From Cycas panzhihuaensis (Eukaryota > Plantae > Cycadophyta), in contig CM041465.1 in NCBI GenBank assembly GCA_023213395.1, forward strand, positions 119,047,741 through 119,111,740: 64,000 bases of DNA, given 5' to 3'. Made by a program: the position numbers and the translations under genes. Below the pieces are notes generated by a model. That model made no database searches. It was not told where the DNA came from and saw nothing but the letters and a program-made list of their open reading frames with translations. Below are positions 12,455-30,920 of the stretch, piece by piece; within the stretch, counting starts at the first letter, position 1; each line of letters opens with the position of its first letter.

Positions 12455-13900
12455 ATATATAGTACATCATTGATACATCTTATTTCTCCAAAGTCTATTT
12501 AGATAGAAATATTAACTTTACCAATTATAGATCGAGTGGTAATGTCTCCAAATATGATATTGCTCTTTTTGGTATTGTCCAACTCCTTAAACCATTCTTC
12601 TCTATGTGTCATATGGGTAGAACATCCTAAGTCAATATACCAACTATCTTCTTTTTCATTTGCTATTAAATTTGATAGAAAGAGTCTCTCATTTTTTCCT
12701 TATTTTCTAATTATTGTATTAGTTGGTTTTCTTTATATTTTAGAATTTTCTTTTTAAATAATTCATTTCTAAGTGTTTAATTCTATGATAATAGGAATAT
12801 TACATTATTTCTCTACCTCTAGGACTCCTTCCTCTTTATCTTTGATTCCTACCTCTTCGACTTTATCCTCTACCTCTTCCTTAAGATCCAAAATTTTATC
12901 ATTGGCCTTGAAAATAATGTTTTTGTCCTTGTCCTTATCCTTGATGAAATTGATTTTGACCTTTATGTAACTAACCTTGACCTTCATGATATTATCTTTG
13001 ATTAAATTAATTTTGATTTTTAATATTTTGACCTCTTCCTCTAGGAGATTATCATCTTCCCCTAGAACTTTGTCCTTGAAAGATAGGCCTAATATTTACC
13101 TTAATGGTAAATATATATTCTAGAAATTTACTACTCCTATTTTTCTCTTCAATAACAAGTAACATTGTACTTAGATGATCAATTTTAAGGGTAGTTAGGT
13201 ATTTGAAAATCTCAATACTTATTGTAACAATTTCAAACCTTTTAATATCACTGACACATCTTAAGATCTTTTCTACCATCTTTTGTTCACTAATGACTTC
13301 TTCTAAGGCCCTTATTTGATTAACTAAACCTTGTACTTTAGTTATGAAGTCATTTATTCTTACATTATTATTTATACTATAGTGTTTAAATTTGCTCCTT
13401 AATGTTTAGAGTTTTAATGCAGTAGCTCCTTCGTAGGTGGTTTTCAAAGCATCCCATGCTTCCTTTGATGTAGTTACTTCACCAACCCTTGGAAAAATAT
13501 GATCCTTCAATATATAAAAGATAAATGCCAAGGCTTCATTATCTCACTTTTTATTCCCCCTTTAGATTTTCTTTTAGTCTTTAGTAGCAATAGCATCAAG
13601 TGTTCCATAACCTATTTTAATTAAGTTCCATATATCTTTTAACATAAAGATAGGTTTCATCCTTCAACTCTAATTCAAAAAATTAGTACCATTAAATTTT
13701 AGCACCATTATATTGCTTATGATAGAGGCTATCATGAAGAAATTACCTTAAAATAAACTACTTTAAAAAGTAAAGTACTTGAATAGAATACTAAAATACA
13801 CTTGAATAAGTTAATAAATGCATTTAAAAAACACAAGCAAAACTTGTCTCCCTTCAACTTTAGGACATGCACAAGTGTCCCAATTAGGACTTAACCTCTT
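12455..13900 (-). mobile_element. Copia gag-protease fragment with part of the 5' leader
   Basis: Minus strand: M..SNIMVLKFNGTNF (~13735), KEAWDALKTTYEG, MVEKILR (ORF 13052-13279), RG-rich linker, SWYIDLGCSTHM (~12610-12648). Homologous to 41950-43800. Confidence 0.8.
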
Positions 13901-16900
13901 CCACAATAAGAATTTTATATTAATGGTGATTACAAGATAAAATTTTACTAAATTTATTTAAGGTTTAACTCTTAGGAAGCCCACAAACTAGTATCAACTT
14001 TGACCATAAAAGTATTATATTAAATAACTTTAAAAAATACTTAAAAGGTCATTCACTCAATAGTGAATTAAAGAACAAACTTAACATTTTAAACAATACT
14101 AAATTATAACTTGTTATGACCAAGTTATATTTTAGAAAGTATAAGAAGGTTAAAAAATGATAAAGAGCCCTTTAGCACATACATTGTAAAGAAAATTTTT
14201 ATTAACTTTCAATCATTAAATGAGTTGTCAAATGTAAATCTAGCATAGTCTTGTGACCACTCATTTTATTTGGGTGAAAATAAAGAATACTTTGGAGCTA
14301 TAAGAACTAAAAATGGACCATGTTGGTGATAGATATCCTTGATAAAGTAGAAATAAGTGCTTAATTTGAGACATCCTCCTTGAAAAAATAGATTAGCCCT
14401 TTTAAAAAATGATTGTTTAATCACGTGAACTATTCTATATGACCTTCAAATTTGGATTTTGAGACTAAGACTACTCACTCAAATAAATGATTTGTCAAGG
14501 ATGTTATATTACATTTTGACAATGTATATTTAAGGAGTACATCTCCCCCATAATAATCAAGGGAAATTCATCACATTTTGAGTGTGAATTTAACATGGTA
14601 TTAGAATAGGAAAGGTCACCTCTCTGAGAAGAAACTGGATAGAACTAGAGACTAGTTGCAGACTAAAGAAAGGGTCAAGTATTAAGAAGAAATTTTAAGT
14701 GAGACACTCATCTTCTAAAGCACTCTAAGAAATTTGAAGGATACTGATTTATTTCTCTATGTACAGACATGTATGGACCTATACGAGGCTGTATGAATAA
14801 AAAATTTTAAAGTACACAGATTTTTACCAAATTTTACTAGCATGTAGATATCAATATTTTTATCATCTTTCTCCACTAGGTCAAAGTGATTTGCAGTCAT
14901 CTTCAAGCAATTTTTGCTAATCTCTCATCTACACAAGCTTGGAGAGCAAATTCAAAATTTTGACCAAATCTCTCTAATATTTTGGGTAAAATCTACTTTA
15001 ATCTTTATGTTTCATTACTGTACTCTTATTGAGATTAGTCTTAAAGAACATTTTTGAAGATTTTCTATGTTTTTGAGGTATTTTCTTAAAAACTCTTACT
15101 ACCCTCTTTTATCTTTCAGACTATTTTCTAGATAATCCAGAAATCATCTACTAAAAATAATAGTATAGTTAGACTCCTCTCAAAGAGACCATTATTTTGA
15201 GGTACTCTTTTGTCAAATTTGTATACCTACAATTCTGTACAAAAATTTGTACTATTGTACGACCATCCTCTTCATTGTTTAGTTTTAACCTATTAATATT
15301 CCTAAAACAAAATAGACATGGAATCACTATTTTAGATTTAAAAGAGATAGATAAGTTGATAGATATAAATAATTATATATGGAAGAACAAAATTAAGATA
15401 TTATTAAGGTCCAAGAATGCCTAGAATATTGTTATTGGAGTAAAGAAGAGACCCAGTGATGTTGCAGCATAATCTAGCTAGGATGAAAGAGATAACACTA
15501 GAGTCATAACTCTTAAATTGTCTATTTCTGACCCTCTTTTAGTGAATGTTGCAAGGTTAAATTCTTTTGTCAAAATCTAGAAAGTCCTTGTAAATTTATA
15601 TAGTCAAAATAATCGAGCTAGAGTTATAGCTCTTAAAGAAGATTTATATAAATTAAATATGAAGGATAATGAAAGTGTCTCAGATTTCATTCATAAAGTA
15701 ACTTAAATGAGAAATCATCTCATAAGTATTGGGGCTACTACGATGGACCAAGAAATTATTGAAATGGTTACAAGTAAACATCCCAAATCTTTTAACAATT
15801 TGGTGAACTTAATAACAAACAATGATTAAATTACCAATATGTCCCTTAATACCTTGACAGGGTTGCTCATAAGATGGGAGCAAAGGAATAAAAGATATGA
15901 AGAGGGTATAGAATTAGAAGATGTTTTTTTTATTGAACTCAACTTGGGTTTAAGAAGAAGAGGACAAACACGTGGATGTGGTCATACACCTAATACTAAG
16001 AGTCAATATTATGAAATATGGTAAGAGAATAAACGATGAGGTCAATCTATTCCATCTAGAGATATAAGAGTTTGCTTCAATTACAAGAAACTAGGCCATT
16101 TCTCAAGCAATTATAGAGCTATTAATATCCACTACCATTACAGACAGTCTAGATATTATCCATACTAGTGCTTATAAAGGAAAGTTAAAATCTAGAGAGG
16201 GAAAACAACCAATAGGGAATTACAAAAAAGAACAAGCAAAGCATAATGAAGAAGAGATAACTTTTATAGTCACTCTCACTACTAGTCTTAAAGACAAAGA
16301 AGTATGGTACATTAATTCAAGAGTTTCAAGGCACATGATAGGATACCAAGACTGGTTTGAATCACTCAAACCTTATTTCTCAAACAGGTCTGTTAAACTT
16401 AGAGATAAGTATCCCCTTAATATTAAAGGAATCAAGACTATAACCATTGAATTAAAAGGGGTTGCCCAAAAATTTAGTAATGTGTTGTTTATATTGGGTT
16501 TAAAAAAGAATCTTCCTTTGGCCTCTTAGCTTAAAAAAAATAATTTGAGAACCATATTTGATGAAGAAGGATATTGTTATATCTTAGATATGAAAAAGAA
16601 TATTGTTGTAATTGTAAAAGGAATAGAAAATAATGATTTGTATAGACTATTTTCTAACCCTATTATTGCCAAGAAGGATGTAAAAGTATATACTACTACA
16701 AATATTATTAATAATAAACTATTGCATTTGAAGTATGGGCATATATCTTTAGATAGATAAGAATAATAATGTAAACCATGAATGGTTGATAGGTTTCCAA
16801 ACATTGCATTTTATCATCTTGTATATAAAGATGCTTGCTTGGTAAATAATACCATCTTCCTTTTAAGAAAAATGAATGACACATGAAAAAAAAATTAGAG

Positions 16901-17546
16901 TTGGTACACACTGATTTATATGGACCTATTACCCCTTCCTTAATCAATGGTGCTCATTATTTTTTAACATTTATTGATGATTTTTCTATAAAGATTTAAA
17001 TTTACTTTATTTATAATAACTCTGAAGTTTTTCAAAAGTTTAAAGAATTTAAAATAAAAGTTGAGTTAGATTTTGAATAAAAAATAAAATATATTAGATT
17101 AATTAGAGGAGGAGAATATATCTCTAATGAATTTTTGAATTATTACAAAACACATAGAATATAAAGACAGTTCACAACTCCTTATACACCACAATCTAAT
17201 GGAGTCATTAAAAGAAAAAATAGAATAATCATGGAGATGGCTCACAGCATGATTCAAGATAAGTAAGTCTCAAAGACTTACTACATAGAAGTAGTAAGTA
17301 CAACTGGTTATCTCATAAATTGAAGTCTAACATAGGCCTTAGAATGAATCACTATAGAAGAAGCATGGATTAGATAAAAACCAAATGTAAGTAATTTTAA
17401 TTTCTTTAGTTGTCAAGCATTTATTCATATACTAGATAAAAAGAGGTCTCAACTTGATCCTAAAAGCATAGAATACATAATGATATGATATAGTAAGAAT
17501 TCTAAGGCCTACAAGTATATAAACCCAAAAATAAATAAGGTCTATA

Positions 17547-18053
17547 TATTGAGGTTAATGTTCATCACCCCACTCCTACCTTTTGTATATGTGAGTGCAC
17601 ACATGTGAAGGTAAGCCAGGTAAGGTTAAATTTAACTTAAGTTAAGAATTATTTTAATATTGTTTGAATTTTAGAGGTTGAGGAGGTTTCCCTCCTCCCT
17701 CAAACTATATATTTATTGGGGTGGCAAACCCTAGTGTCTTTTGACACCACCACTATTTTGGAAATATGTAATTCTCTTAAGAATGGATTGAATAATATGA
17801 TTTAGTTATACTTTTACTCTACAATGGATTGAATATTTCTTATTACTTTGCTCTGCCTGCATGCTTTCAAAACCTTCATTTGGTATCAGAGCTTAGATTT
17901 TGGGCCTCCTTCATTTGGTATTAGAGCTAAAATTTTGGGTCTCCTTCATTTGGTATTAGAGCTTAGATTTTGGGCCTCCTTCATTTGGTATTAGAGCTTA
18001 GATTTTGGGCCTCCTTTATTTGATATCAGAGCTCAGATTTTAGGCCTCCTTCA
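17547..18053 (+). mobile_element. Solo LTR (core 17547-17878) extended by five tandem PBS-containing units, inserted in the Copia integrase tail
   Basis: Begins TATTGAGG (decayed TGTTG) and ends CCTTCA. Degenerate 5-bp TSD CTATA/TTGTA; removing the insert plus one TSD restores GTC TAT ATA AGT AGG. TATA-like box at ~17706. Confidence 0.8.
17879..18053 (+). repeat. 5 x 35-bp tandem repeat TTTGGTATCAGAGCTTAGATTTTGGGCCTCCTTCA (tRNA-iMet PBS array)
   Basis: Units start at 17879, 17914, 17949, 17984 and 18019, with few substitutions and no spacers. Confidence 0.95.
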
Positions 18054-19231
18054 TTGTATAAGTAGGAAAGTTGAATTTAATGAAGAATATATAATTGAAA
18101 ATATATTAATACATTAAGAGATTGAAGAATCACCAAAGAATATTCTCTAAGAAGAACCTCCTTTAGAAGAAATATCTGGAGTTACTTTAGAAGATATAAA
18201 AATTGAGGATGCAAGAGAGTCAGAGAGGGCAGGCTTACCTCATGAAATCTTAAACACTAAAAGAGAAGAAGTATCTCCCAAAAACTCAATTCTTTAAGAA
18301 GAAAAAAGGAAAAAAGGTACTAAAATGGTACCTTAAACTAATTAAAGAAGGAAAAAAGGATATGTTTACATACTAGATGAGGAGTCAAAGGCACTAGGCA
18401 TTATTCAGCCATATAGAACTGTAGTCCTTTAAAGAAGCAAAATAACATAAAGAATGAAAGGCTACATTGGATACAAAGATAGAATCAATTTCTAAAAATC
18501 AAACTCGAAAATTGGTCAATCTACCCAATGATAAACACATCGTTAATTATAAATGGATGTACAAAATAAAGGAAAGTCTTAATGGTAAAGTAGAATAGTA
18601 TAAGGCTAGGCTATCAGCCAAAGGCTACACCTAAGTAGTAGGAATTAATTACAAAGAAACATTCTCACCAGTAGCAAAACTAGATATTATGAGAATAATG
18701 ATAGCTCTAGCCACTCAATACAATTAAAAAATTTACTAATTAAGATAATAAGAGATATATATAAAGAGGTCTACATGAGACAATAAGAAAGATATATTAA
18801 AAAAGATCAAGAAAATCTAGTATGCAAATTGAAGAAGGCCTTGTATGGGCTAAAACAAGCTCCAAGAGCTTCGTATGCCAAGCTAGACAAGTACCTTACT
18901 CAAAATAATTTTCTCAAATGTAACTTAAACTCTTATCTATATATAAAGAAAAATAGAGGTCTAATCACAATAATTGTGCTTTATGTAAATGACATAATTC
19001 TCACAGGCAATGACACAAAATCAATAGCAAATATAAAGGTATAATTTAAAAAAGGCTTTGAAATGATAGATTTAGGACTTTTGAATTATTATCTAGGAAT
19101 ACAAGTCAATAAAAAAGAAGACTTAATCACCTTGTCTTAGAATAAATACATTAAGGACTTGTTGATAAAATTCAAAATGGAAGATTGCAATAGTTATATA
19201 ACACCCATGGAAATAAGTTATGATTTGACTT

Positions 19232-23733
<4,502 letters not shown>

Positions 23734-24708
23734 TTGGCAACCATACCGAGGATCCACTATAAGGAAATCTTAGTATCCCTTTAGTTTCCTAGTGTTAGTG
23801 CCCATTTACTTCATAATATCTCTATAGTGTATTGGGTAATCCCAACACATTTTCCTAAAGTTATTTCTTGTACTTCAGTAGTCCCTTAGGTAGGGTGTAG
23901 ATGCAACATTTCTCTCATCGCTTACATAGTCTCCCTCCCATAGAAGAGGAACCTATATATTCCTCTATTGCCACATCCAAACCTAGATCACTAATGGAGG
24001 GTTATCCATTTGAGTGGGCATATCACTCATATACCTCTAATTCCCATCCACAAACATCAAATCCTCTCCAAGACCTCACTTAAGAGGGTGAGGACCCCAT
24101 CTTCTACTTGGATGACTAGACACATCCATATTTCCATCCATATCCTACACATAACATAGGGGGACCTTTCTCTACAGACAACTCTCATCCCAATGAGAGG
24201 GCCCATGATGATTGTCCTTCAAGTTTTACTCAGCATGAGGATCCTCCCACCTCATATGAGTAAGCTAGAAATCCTCCTCGGGATGTGGTAGAGGCATTGA
24301 GGTAATGCTTCAAAGCTATAAGTGCCCAGCCACCTCTGAAGTGGTTGGAGCACTTCTTTCAAAGCACGGCCCCACCTTCTTCTACCCCCATTCCACCTAC
24401 TTCATCCCAACCTATGTCCTCTTAGACAATAGGATCCCTTCCTATAGTCCCTCCACCTATAAGTGTTTCCCTTATCCCAAGGGACATTCCACGGCATGTT
24501 GGTCTCCTAAATAGGGTTAAGCATGCCTTATCCTCCCCAAGCAACCATGTTGCAGTCAATTGTAGACCATGCCTCTTTAATTTGACCTCAAGTTCCCTCA
24601 TACCCTCATCCTTTGGGTCATGGAGGATCTGTACCCATGTGCCCTTTTCCATAACCTCTAGACCCTTTACCCTACATACCCCCAAGATACACATCCTAGC
24701 CTTGGGGG

Positions 24709-27349
24709 TGATCCAGGAGGATCTACCATATGTTTACAGGATGTAGAAAATGCTAGGCATTGGCATAACTAAAAGAGATATGGCCAAATGGTATCAAAAT
24801 TCTATGAAATTTTGTGTAAAGGGAGAAGACACATCCCACTAGATGTGTACAAAAGATGGGGTTCAGAAAATATCATTTGATTAGAGTTCAAGCCTTGTCT
24901 TTGCATAAAAATTAATCCCACAGCTAGCAGAAAAAATAGAAAATATATATTATCATTATATGAATAGAAATATGGCAAATGACATCCAAATGAGCTAAAA
25001 TTTTGAGGAAGCAGAGGAGACATCTGTTCCTATATGTGTACCAAATTTGAGCTAAATTGGAGTCCGTTAAGTTTAGTTACAAGCCGTAACTTTTAAGAAT
25101 TGCATGAAGGCCACTTGGACAGCAGAAAAACAACAAATACATATTATTATTAAATGAATAAAAATGCAGTCAAATGACATCCAAATGAGCTAAAAATTTC
25201 AAGAAGCTGAGGGGACTTCCCATGACTAGGAAGGGACATGATTATCTTTTTGTTGTTGTAGATAGGTTTAGTAAAATGATATGTCTAATACCTTGTAAGA
25301 AGATAATCACAGTGAGGCGGTTGAGTTATTCTTCGAGCATGTATGGAAGAATTTTGGCTTGCCTTCTTCCATCATTTCAGATCGGGACACTCGATTCCTT
25401 TCATCATTTTGGAAGTCACTATGGGAGATGATGGATACCAAATTGAAGAGGAGTACAAGTTTCCATCCTCAAACGGATGGACAAACCAAGTAGTGAATGT
25501 AACTTTGGTACATCTATTGAGGGATACAATTCCAAGCATCCAAAGACTTGGGATGAATCATTGGCTTTTCTACAATTTGCTTTTAATAGAGCAATGCATG
25601 TATCACACTCTAAAGCACCTTTTGAAGTTTGTTTGGGATACTTACCTCAAAGTCCATTTGACTTAGAGTTTTCCATGCAAGCTAAGGAAGGATCCGACAA
25701 AGAGAAGGAGGAGCTTGACAAGGCATCAAGATACTTGGAGAAGATCCAGAGCTACCACAAAGAAGTACATGATCAACTTCTAAGGACTCAACAAAAGTAC
25801 AAGGAAAGACATGACAAGCATAGGCAAGAGTGTACTTTCTAAGAAGGAGATTTAGTATGGTTATACTTGAGCAAGGAGAGGTTAAAAGGAGAAGGTAAGA
25901 AACTCAAACCTATAAGGTATGGACCATTTAAGATTTTGAGAAAAGTAGGTGGCAATGCTTTCCAACTTGATCTTCCACCTTATATGCAAATATATTCAGT
26001 AGTAAATGCTGAATAATTAAAACTCTTTGAGCCCTCCATGCTAGATGAGGAATAGGACCAGTTCACTTTACCTTCAGTTGATGATTTGTATTTGGAAAGT
26101 GAGGAGCCTCTCAAGGAAGATTGTATCTTGGAGAGAAAATCTACCAAAACAAGACATAAGACACATGAATCTTTCAGGATTGGAGTAGCAGGGCAATTGC
26201 CTAGTAAGGCCAAGTGGTTTAATAGGCAACAAGGAGAACAACACTTCCCCCATCTCCAATTCTAAGCCAAAGAGGAGTTGGCTATTTTCCAAGGAAGGGG
26301 GAGCCATGATCTAGGAGGATCTACCATATGTTTACAGGATGCAGAAAATGCTAGGCATTGGAATAACTAAAAGAGATATGGCCAAATGGTATCAAAATTC
26401 TATGAAATTTTGTGTAAAGGGAGAAGACACATCCCACTAGATGTTTACAAAAGGTGGGGTTCAGAAAATATCATTTGATTAGAGTTCAAGCCTTGTCTTT
26501 GCATAAAAATTAATCCCTCAGCTAGCAGAAAAAATAGAAAATATATATTATCATTATATGAATAGAAATATGGCCAAATGACATCCAAATGAGCTAAAAT
26601 TTTGAGGAAGCAGAGGAGACATATGTTCCTATCCATGTACCAAATGTGAGATGAATTGGAGTCCGTTAAGGTCAGTTACAAGCTGAAACTTTTAAGAATT
26701 ACATGAAGGCCACTTGGATAGCAGAAAAATAACAAATACATATTATTATTAAATGAATAAAAATGCAGTCAAATGACATCCAAATGAGCTAAAAATTTGA
26801 GGAAGCTGAGGGGACATGCGTTCATATACGTGTGCCAAATTGGAGTACGTTAAGATCTGTTACAAGTTGCAACTTTTTAAGAAATGTATGAAGGCCACTT
26901 GGACAACATGCATTCTGGTGGTTAGTGGATATACTTGCATGATTTCCACTTGTTAAACATGCAATTCAGGTTTCTTTCTATAAATTGAGCCCTTCTATAG
27001 GTTGGAGAGGGGGTTCTTGGAGACTTGACTTAGGAAGCATCCTTGGAGAAGCATTTGGAGGGTTTGAGTCCCCCCTTATGGTATAATTGTTACATTTATT
27101 CCTTGTAATTTTACCATTCTTTTGCTAGTTGATTTCTCCACCATTAAATGGAGATTTTCATGGTTTAATAAAAGTATTACTCCTCATACTTTTGGATCAA
27201 TGTCAAGAATAAATGATTTGGTGTAGAATTTTCCTTTCATGGGCTCATTGTTGCTTTGATGTTATTGAGCTTTCTACACTAACTCCCAGGATCTTAAGGA
27301 GGAAAGGTTGATAATTGATTTCTTCACCAACTAAGCTCTTTTGGGATCA
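24709..27349 (+). mobile_element. Internally deleted Gypsy element (chromovirus-like): truncated 5' LTR 24709-~25216, integrase C-half, PPT, full 3' LTR 26307-27349
   Basis: TGATCC...GGATCA termini; TSD GGGGG/GCGGG; PPT AAGGAAGGGGGAG at 26291-26303; the first ~510 bp of the two LTRs are nearly identical. Confidence 0.9.
25213..26265 (+). pseudogene. Gypsy integrase core, GPY/F motif and chromodomain-like tail
   Basis: [61 protein letters not shown], and a tail ILERKSTKTR..FRIGVAGQLPSKAKW..FPHL. Confidence 0.9.
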
Positions 27350-30300
27350 GCGGGCAAGGAGGGCCTAATTCTTTCCCAACTTATAATGTAAATATGTTCC
27401 ATCCCTATGGGGTTACACCTCTTATAAGTAGACCCTATGGGAAAAACCTCGCCTCTTACTCTGCACCGTCTTTTGTATCTATAACTTTATACACAACCCC
27501 TTTATATAGGGGATATGTTCCCCCTCCTATCCCTTATTCCTACATGATAGTTTCTTAGGGTGAATATCCACATGCTTTTACTATGCATGTGTCACACCCT
27601 CATGATGGGATAAGACCCTCTCACCTATATTCTTATATGGCCTACCCATAAATGGGGATGGCCCCTCCTCTTATAAACAGCCTTTTTATCCCTAATATAG
27701 TGGGAGTGGGTACTTGTACCCATCTCCCCTAGCTCAACCTAGGGTTCATCCCTTCATTGACTATCGATCAACTCCCCTCTCTATTAAGGATCTCAATACT
27801 AACCTGCCACCTCATCCCCCCGAAGTGCTCAAGTTCAATGGCACTTCATCATAGGACCCTACTAAGCATGTTAGAGTCTTCACCATGGAATGCATTGATT
27901 ACTGGGCCTATGACCATATTTTGATAAAACTATTCCCAAGATCATTATAGGGAGACATCTTAAAATAGTTTTACTACCTCCCTACCCACTCTATCTATAC
28001 CTTATAATAATTGGTAGATAAATTCGTTAACTATTTTAACATAGCCCATCCTTTTAAAAGTGGGGTAAAAGCCCTACTTTCTCTAAAACAAGGTCACAAT
28101 GAACTCAATCATGACTTTGTCAGATGCTTCCATGATCTCTTTCATTCCTCCAAGGGTACTTTATTTAAGGAATTGAAGTGAAAATTTTATGTTAATGCCC
28201 TTTGCCCTGAGGTCCACATGGAAGTCCTCAAAATGGGGGTGACTACTTATGACTCCACTATAGCTAAATGATTGGTATTGGAAATGATTGAGATCCAAGC
28301 TAGTATCAAGAAGCCCCCTAGGTAGCCACAACATCATGAGGTAGCCCCTCCTTCGCATGACCAAAGGAACTAGTAATAACCTCTAGGGCTCTCTACCAAC
28401 ATGACTGATAGGACTTTGGATCCCTTAACCTTGGTTATACACTTTTTTAAATATATGATCAAAGAGTTAAAGCTTCAACCTCCTCAATCTTCATTAGAAT
28501 CACAGAGACTTATCCACCAAACCTCCCACACCATGCCACCTAAAGATGGGAATACCCAGACTTCTTAAGGAAGGAAGGTAAGACCTCCTCCTGAGAAGAA
28601 GTGGTGCTCTATGCATCAGGATTGCCTCCATGAGGATTTGTAATGCTAGTTGTAACATCCTAAGCTTGCACCACATCATAATGCCTCTCTCAAAAGGGAT
28701 TCTAAGCCCAATTTAGACTAGCCTGTTCATAGGGATCCTTTTCCAAACCATGGGTAATTGGACCAATCTACTCAGAATAAGAGTGTGAGGAATAGAGGAT
28801 GATCTCCTAACCCTTCTTCTGACTAAGTAAAAGGGAAAGGGCCAAGAGAATTATCCTCTATGCCAAGCCCTATACCTCAACATTCTTCATCCTCTCAACC
28901 CAAAAATAAGGGGAAGAGAGTGTTTCAAATGATTGAAACCACCCCCTTATACCCTATCATAAGATCCCAAGCAATAAAGGAACCACTGAAGCCTCCACTT
29001 CCCAACAAAATCTTTTCATAGGCAATCCACATATAAAGATTCCTATGGTCTCTAAGACCATTCCTATCCATCCTAGATATTATGATTTTAGAAGGGCCCT
29101 TCCCCAACCTATAGGGAAAGGTAAGGCCTTCTCCATTCTTAAAGAGTTGTACTCTGTGTCCACAGGGATGTTTATGATGGATGTCTTGCAGAGTTTCCCC
29201 AAGTAACATACTCTTCTTTTATAGGCCCTTTGTCAATAAGATGATCCCATCCATGCTATAGGTACCACCTCCTATGGACTGCTTGTCATCTTGTTTAACC
29301 CATGAGATCTTTTATCTCCTAATGAATGGGAAAATTTTTGGAACTACTCATTCATCATTATTATTGACACCCTTGACTTTACCACAAAGAGGACTATCAT
29401 AGACAATAGATCCTCAGTTAATATTATGCCTATATGCATGATAGAGGAATTAGGCATAGAGGCCCTTAAGTCCATCCCTTGGAAATTCCAAGGATATGAT
29501 GGAAGCGAGAAGTCTCCTTTAGGGATGGTCACCCTCTCACTTATATTAGGAGGGAAGATCATTTCTATAGACATTGTTATGCTCAACCATGGCTTGATAA
29601 AATGGGAGCTATTTATTCCTCTTATTATGGGAAACTTAAGTTTGTCCACAAAGGGAAAGTTAAGGTTATCACATGTGAGTCTCCCCTCTCTCGTACTCCT
29701 CATCCTACTTGTCAAGCTATCTTTGATACTTAAGATTGTGATCCTGATGATGCTAGCCCTTCTTTGGGGAATCTATTTTAGGGGGCTAACTCTCACTGAG
29801 AGGGACCATTACCTCATTATAAACCTAATATAATTAGGTTCACACCTATTGGAATAGGTAGTTATAGTTACCTAGCCATCATGAGTGACCCTAAGTCAAA
29901 TATTGAGGACAATGAACCTCCTCCTTGACATGTTACTCTGATTTCCTACATGCCTAAGAAGGCATCCCATGTGGACCTTCCCTCTTACAATGATTCTTCA
30001 ACGTCTTCTAAGTCATTAGCTCCAAACCAGTCACTTCTCTTGTTTTCCTACTTTGCATAGATATCCTCTTATAGGTGCACATGATGATGTGCCACTCGCA
30101 AGGGTGTCTCATCGATTTACCCTAGGCCCTTATCTAGGACTACATCTTATTATGCCCATATATAACCTTGCCATATGATCTATTGTGTGTTAACTCCCTC
30201 ATAATAATTTGGTTTCAACCAAACTCATTTTAGTTATGGGCCCAACCATGCGAAGCCTACCTTCCCTTTGTAATCTAAAATAAGCATAAACTAATGTTCA

Positions 30301-30920
30301 ATTATAATGTCAATTACCCCTACTGGGGGTATGGCATGCATTTGAGCTCTTAGCGACTTCACTTAATGCTAAGATAGCTATGTCCCCTTTTGAGGATATC
30401 ATGTCATCCCCCAATAAGTAGAGCCCCTTCTTTAATGCATGAGTGGTGGTGAACGTATCACCACAGGGACATGTCCCTAAGCTCATGTTTAACTCCTTCT
30501 TTGTTGATCTAAGGATATGAGCTAAATCGAGTCCTCTGGGAGGTAACTTTATCTACCTCTGAGCATGAGTTGCCACCTAGAGAGAGCCTTCTTTGATAGA
30601 TCTCATCTCCTCTTAAGACTCTTAGGGTATCCATACCCATTTTGCTCTTTTTCTGCCTAGATTACTACTTTCCCTCTAAGGGATACATGATCCCCTCACC
30701 CAAGTGCCACATGAGATTACTTAACCTACTTGGTGATCATGTGTGCCTTATGTGAGCTCTAAGTCATATAAAGAAAATATATATCTAAGCAATGTAACAT
30801 AATAAAATATATGCAAATTTATATATATCTACATCATACATCTATGCATCTATGCATCCACAATAATTAAGATAGATTAATAACTCATATCAAAATGGGA
30901 TACCAATTTGGTCCTCACCT

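Larger units (their letters stand above)
15318..19231 (+). pseudogene. Copia gag-PR-integrase-RT (5' part), interrupted at 17547-18058
   Basis: WYINSRVSRHM (~16304), LLHLKYGHIS, LELVHTDLYGP (~16895), TPYTPQSNG (~17176), LKKALYGLKQAPRASY..VLYVNDIILTG (ORF 18829-19044). Confidence 0.85.
23901..29950 (+). pseudogene. Gypsy gag-protease pseudogene (Pro-rich N-terminus), interrupted by 24709-27354
   Basis: PPEVLKFNGTSS.DPTKHVRVF (~27820), LIKLFPRSL.GD..K.FYYLP..SI (~27920-28000), protease RTIIDN(R)SSVNIMP..FQGYDGSEKSPLG (29390-29530). Confidence 0.8.

Noticed and set aside
17879-18053. CRISPR-like 35-bp repeats
   Set aside because: No spacers, no cas genes, eukaryotic context; the units are PBS plus LTR-end copies.
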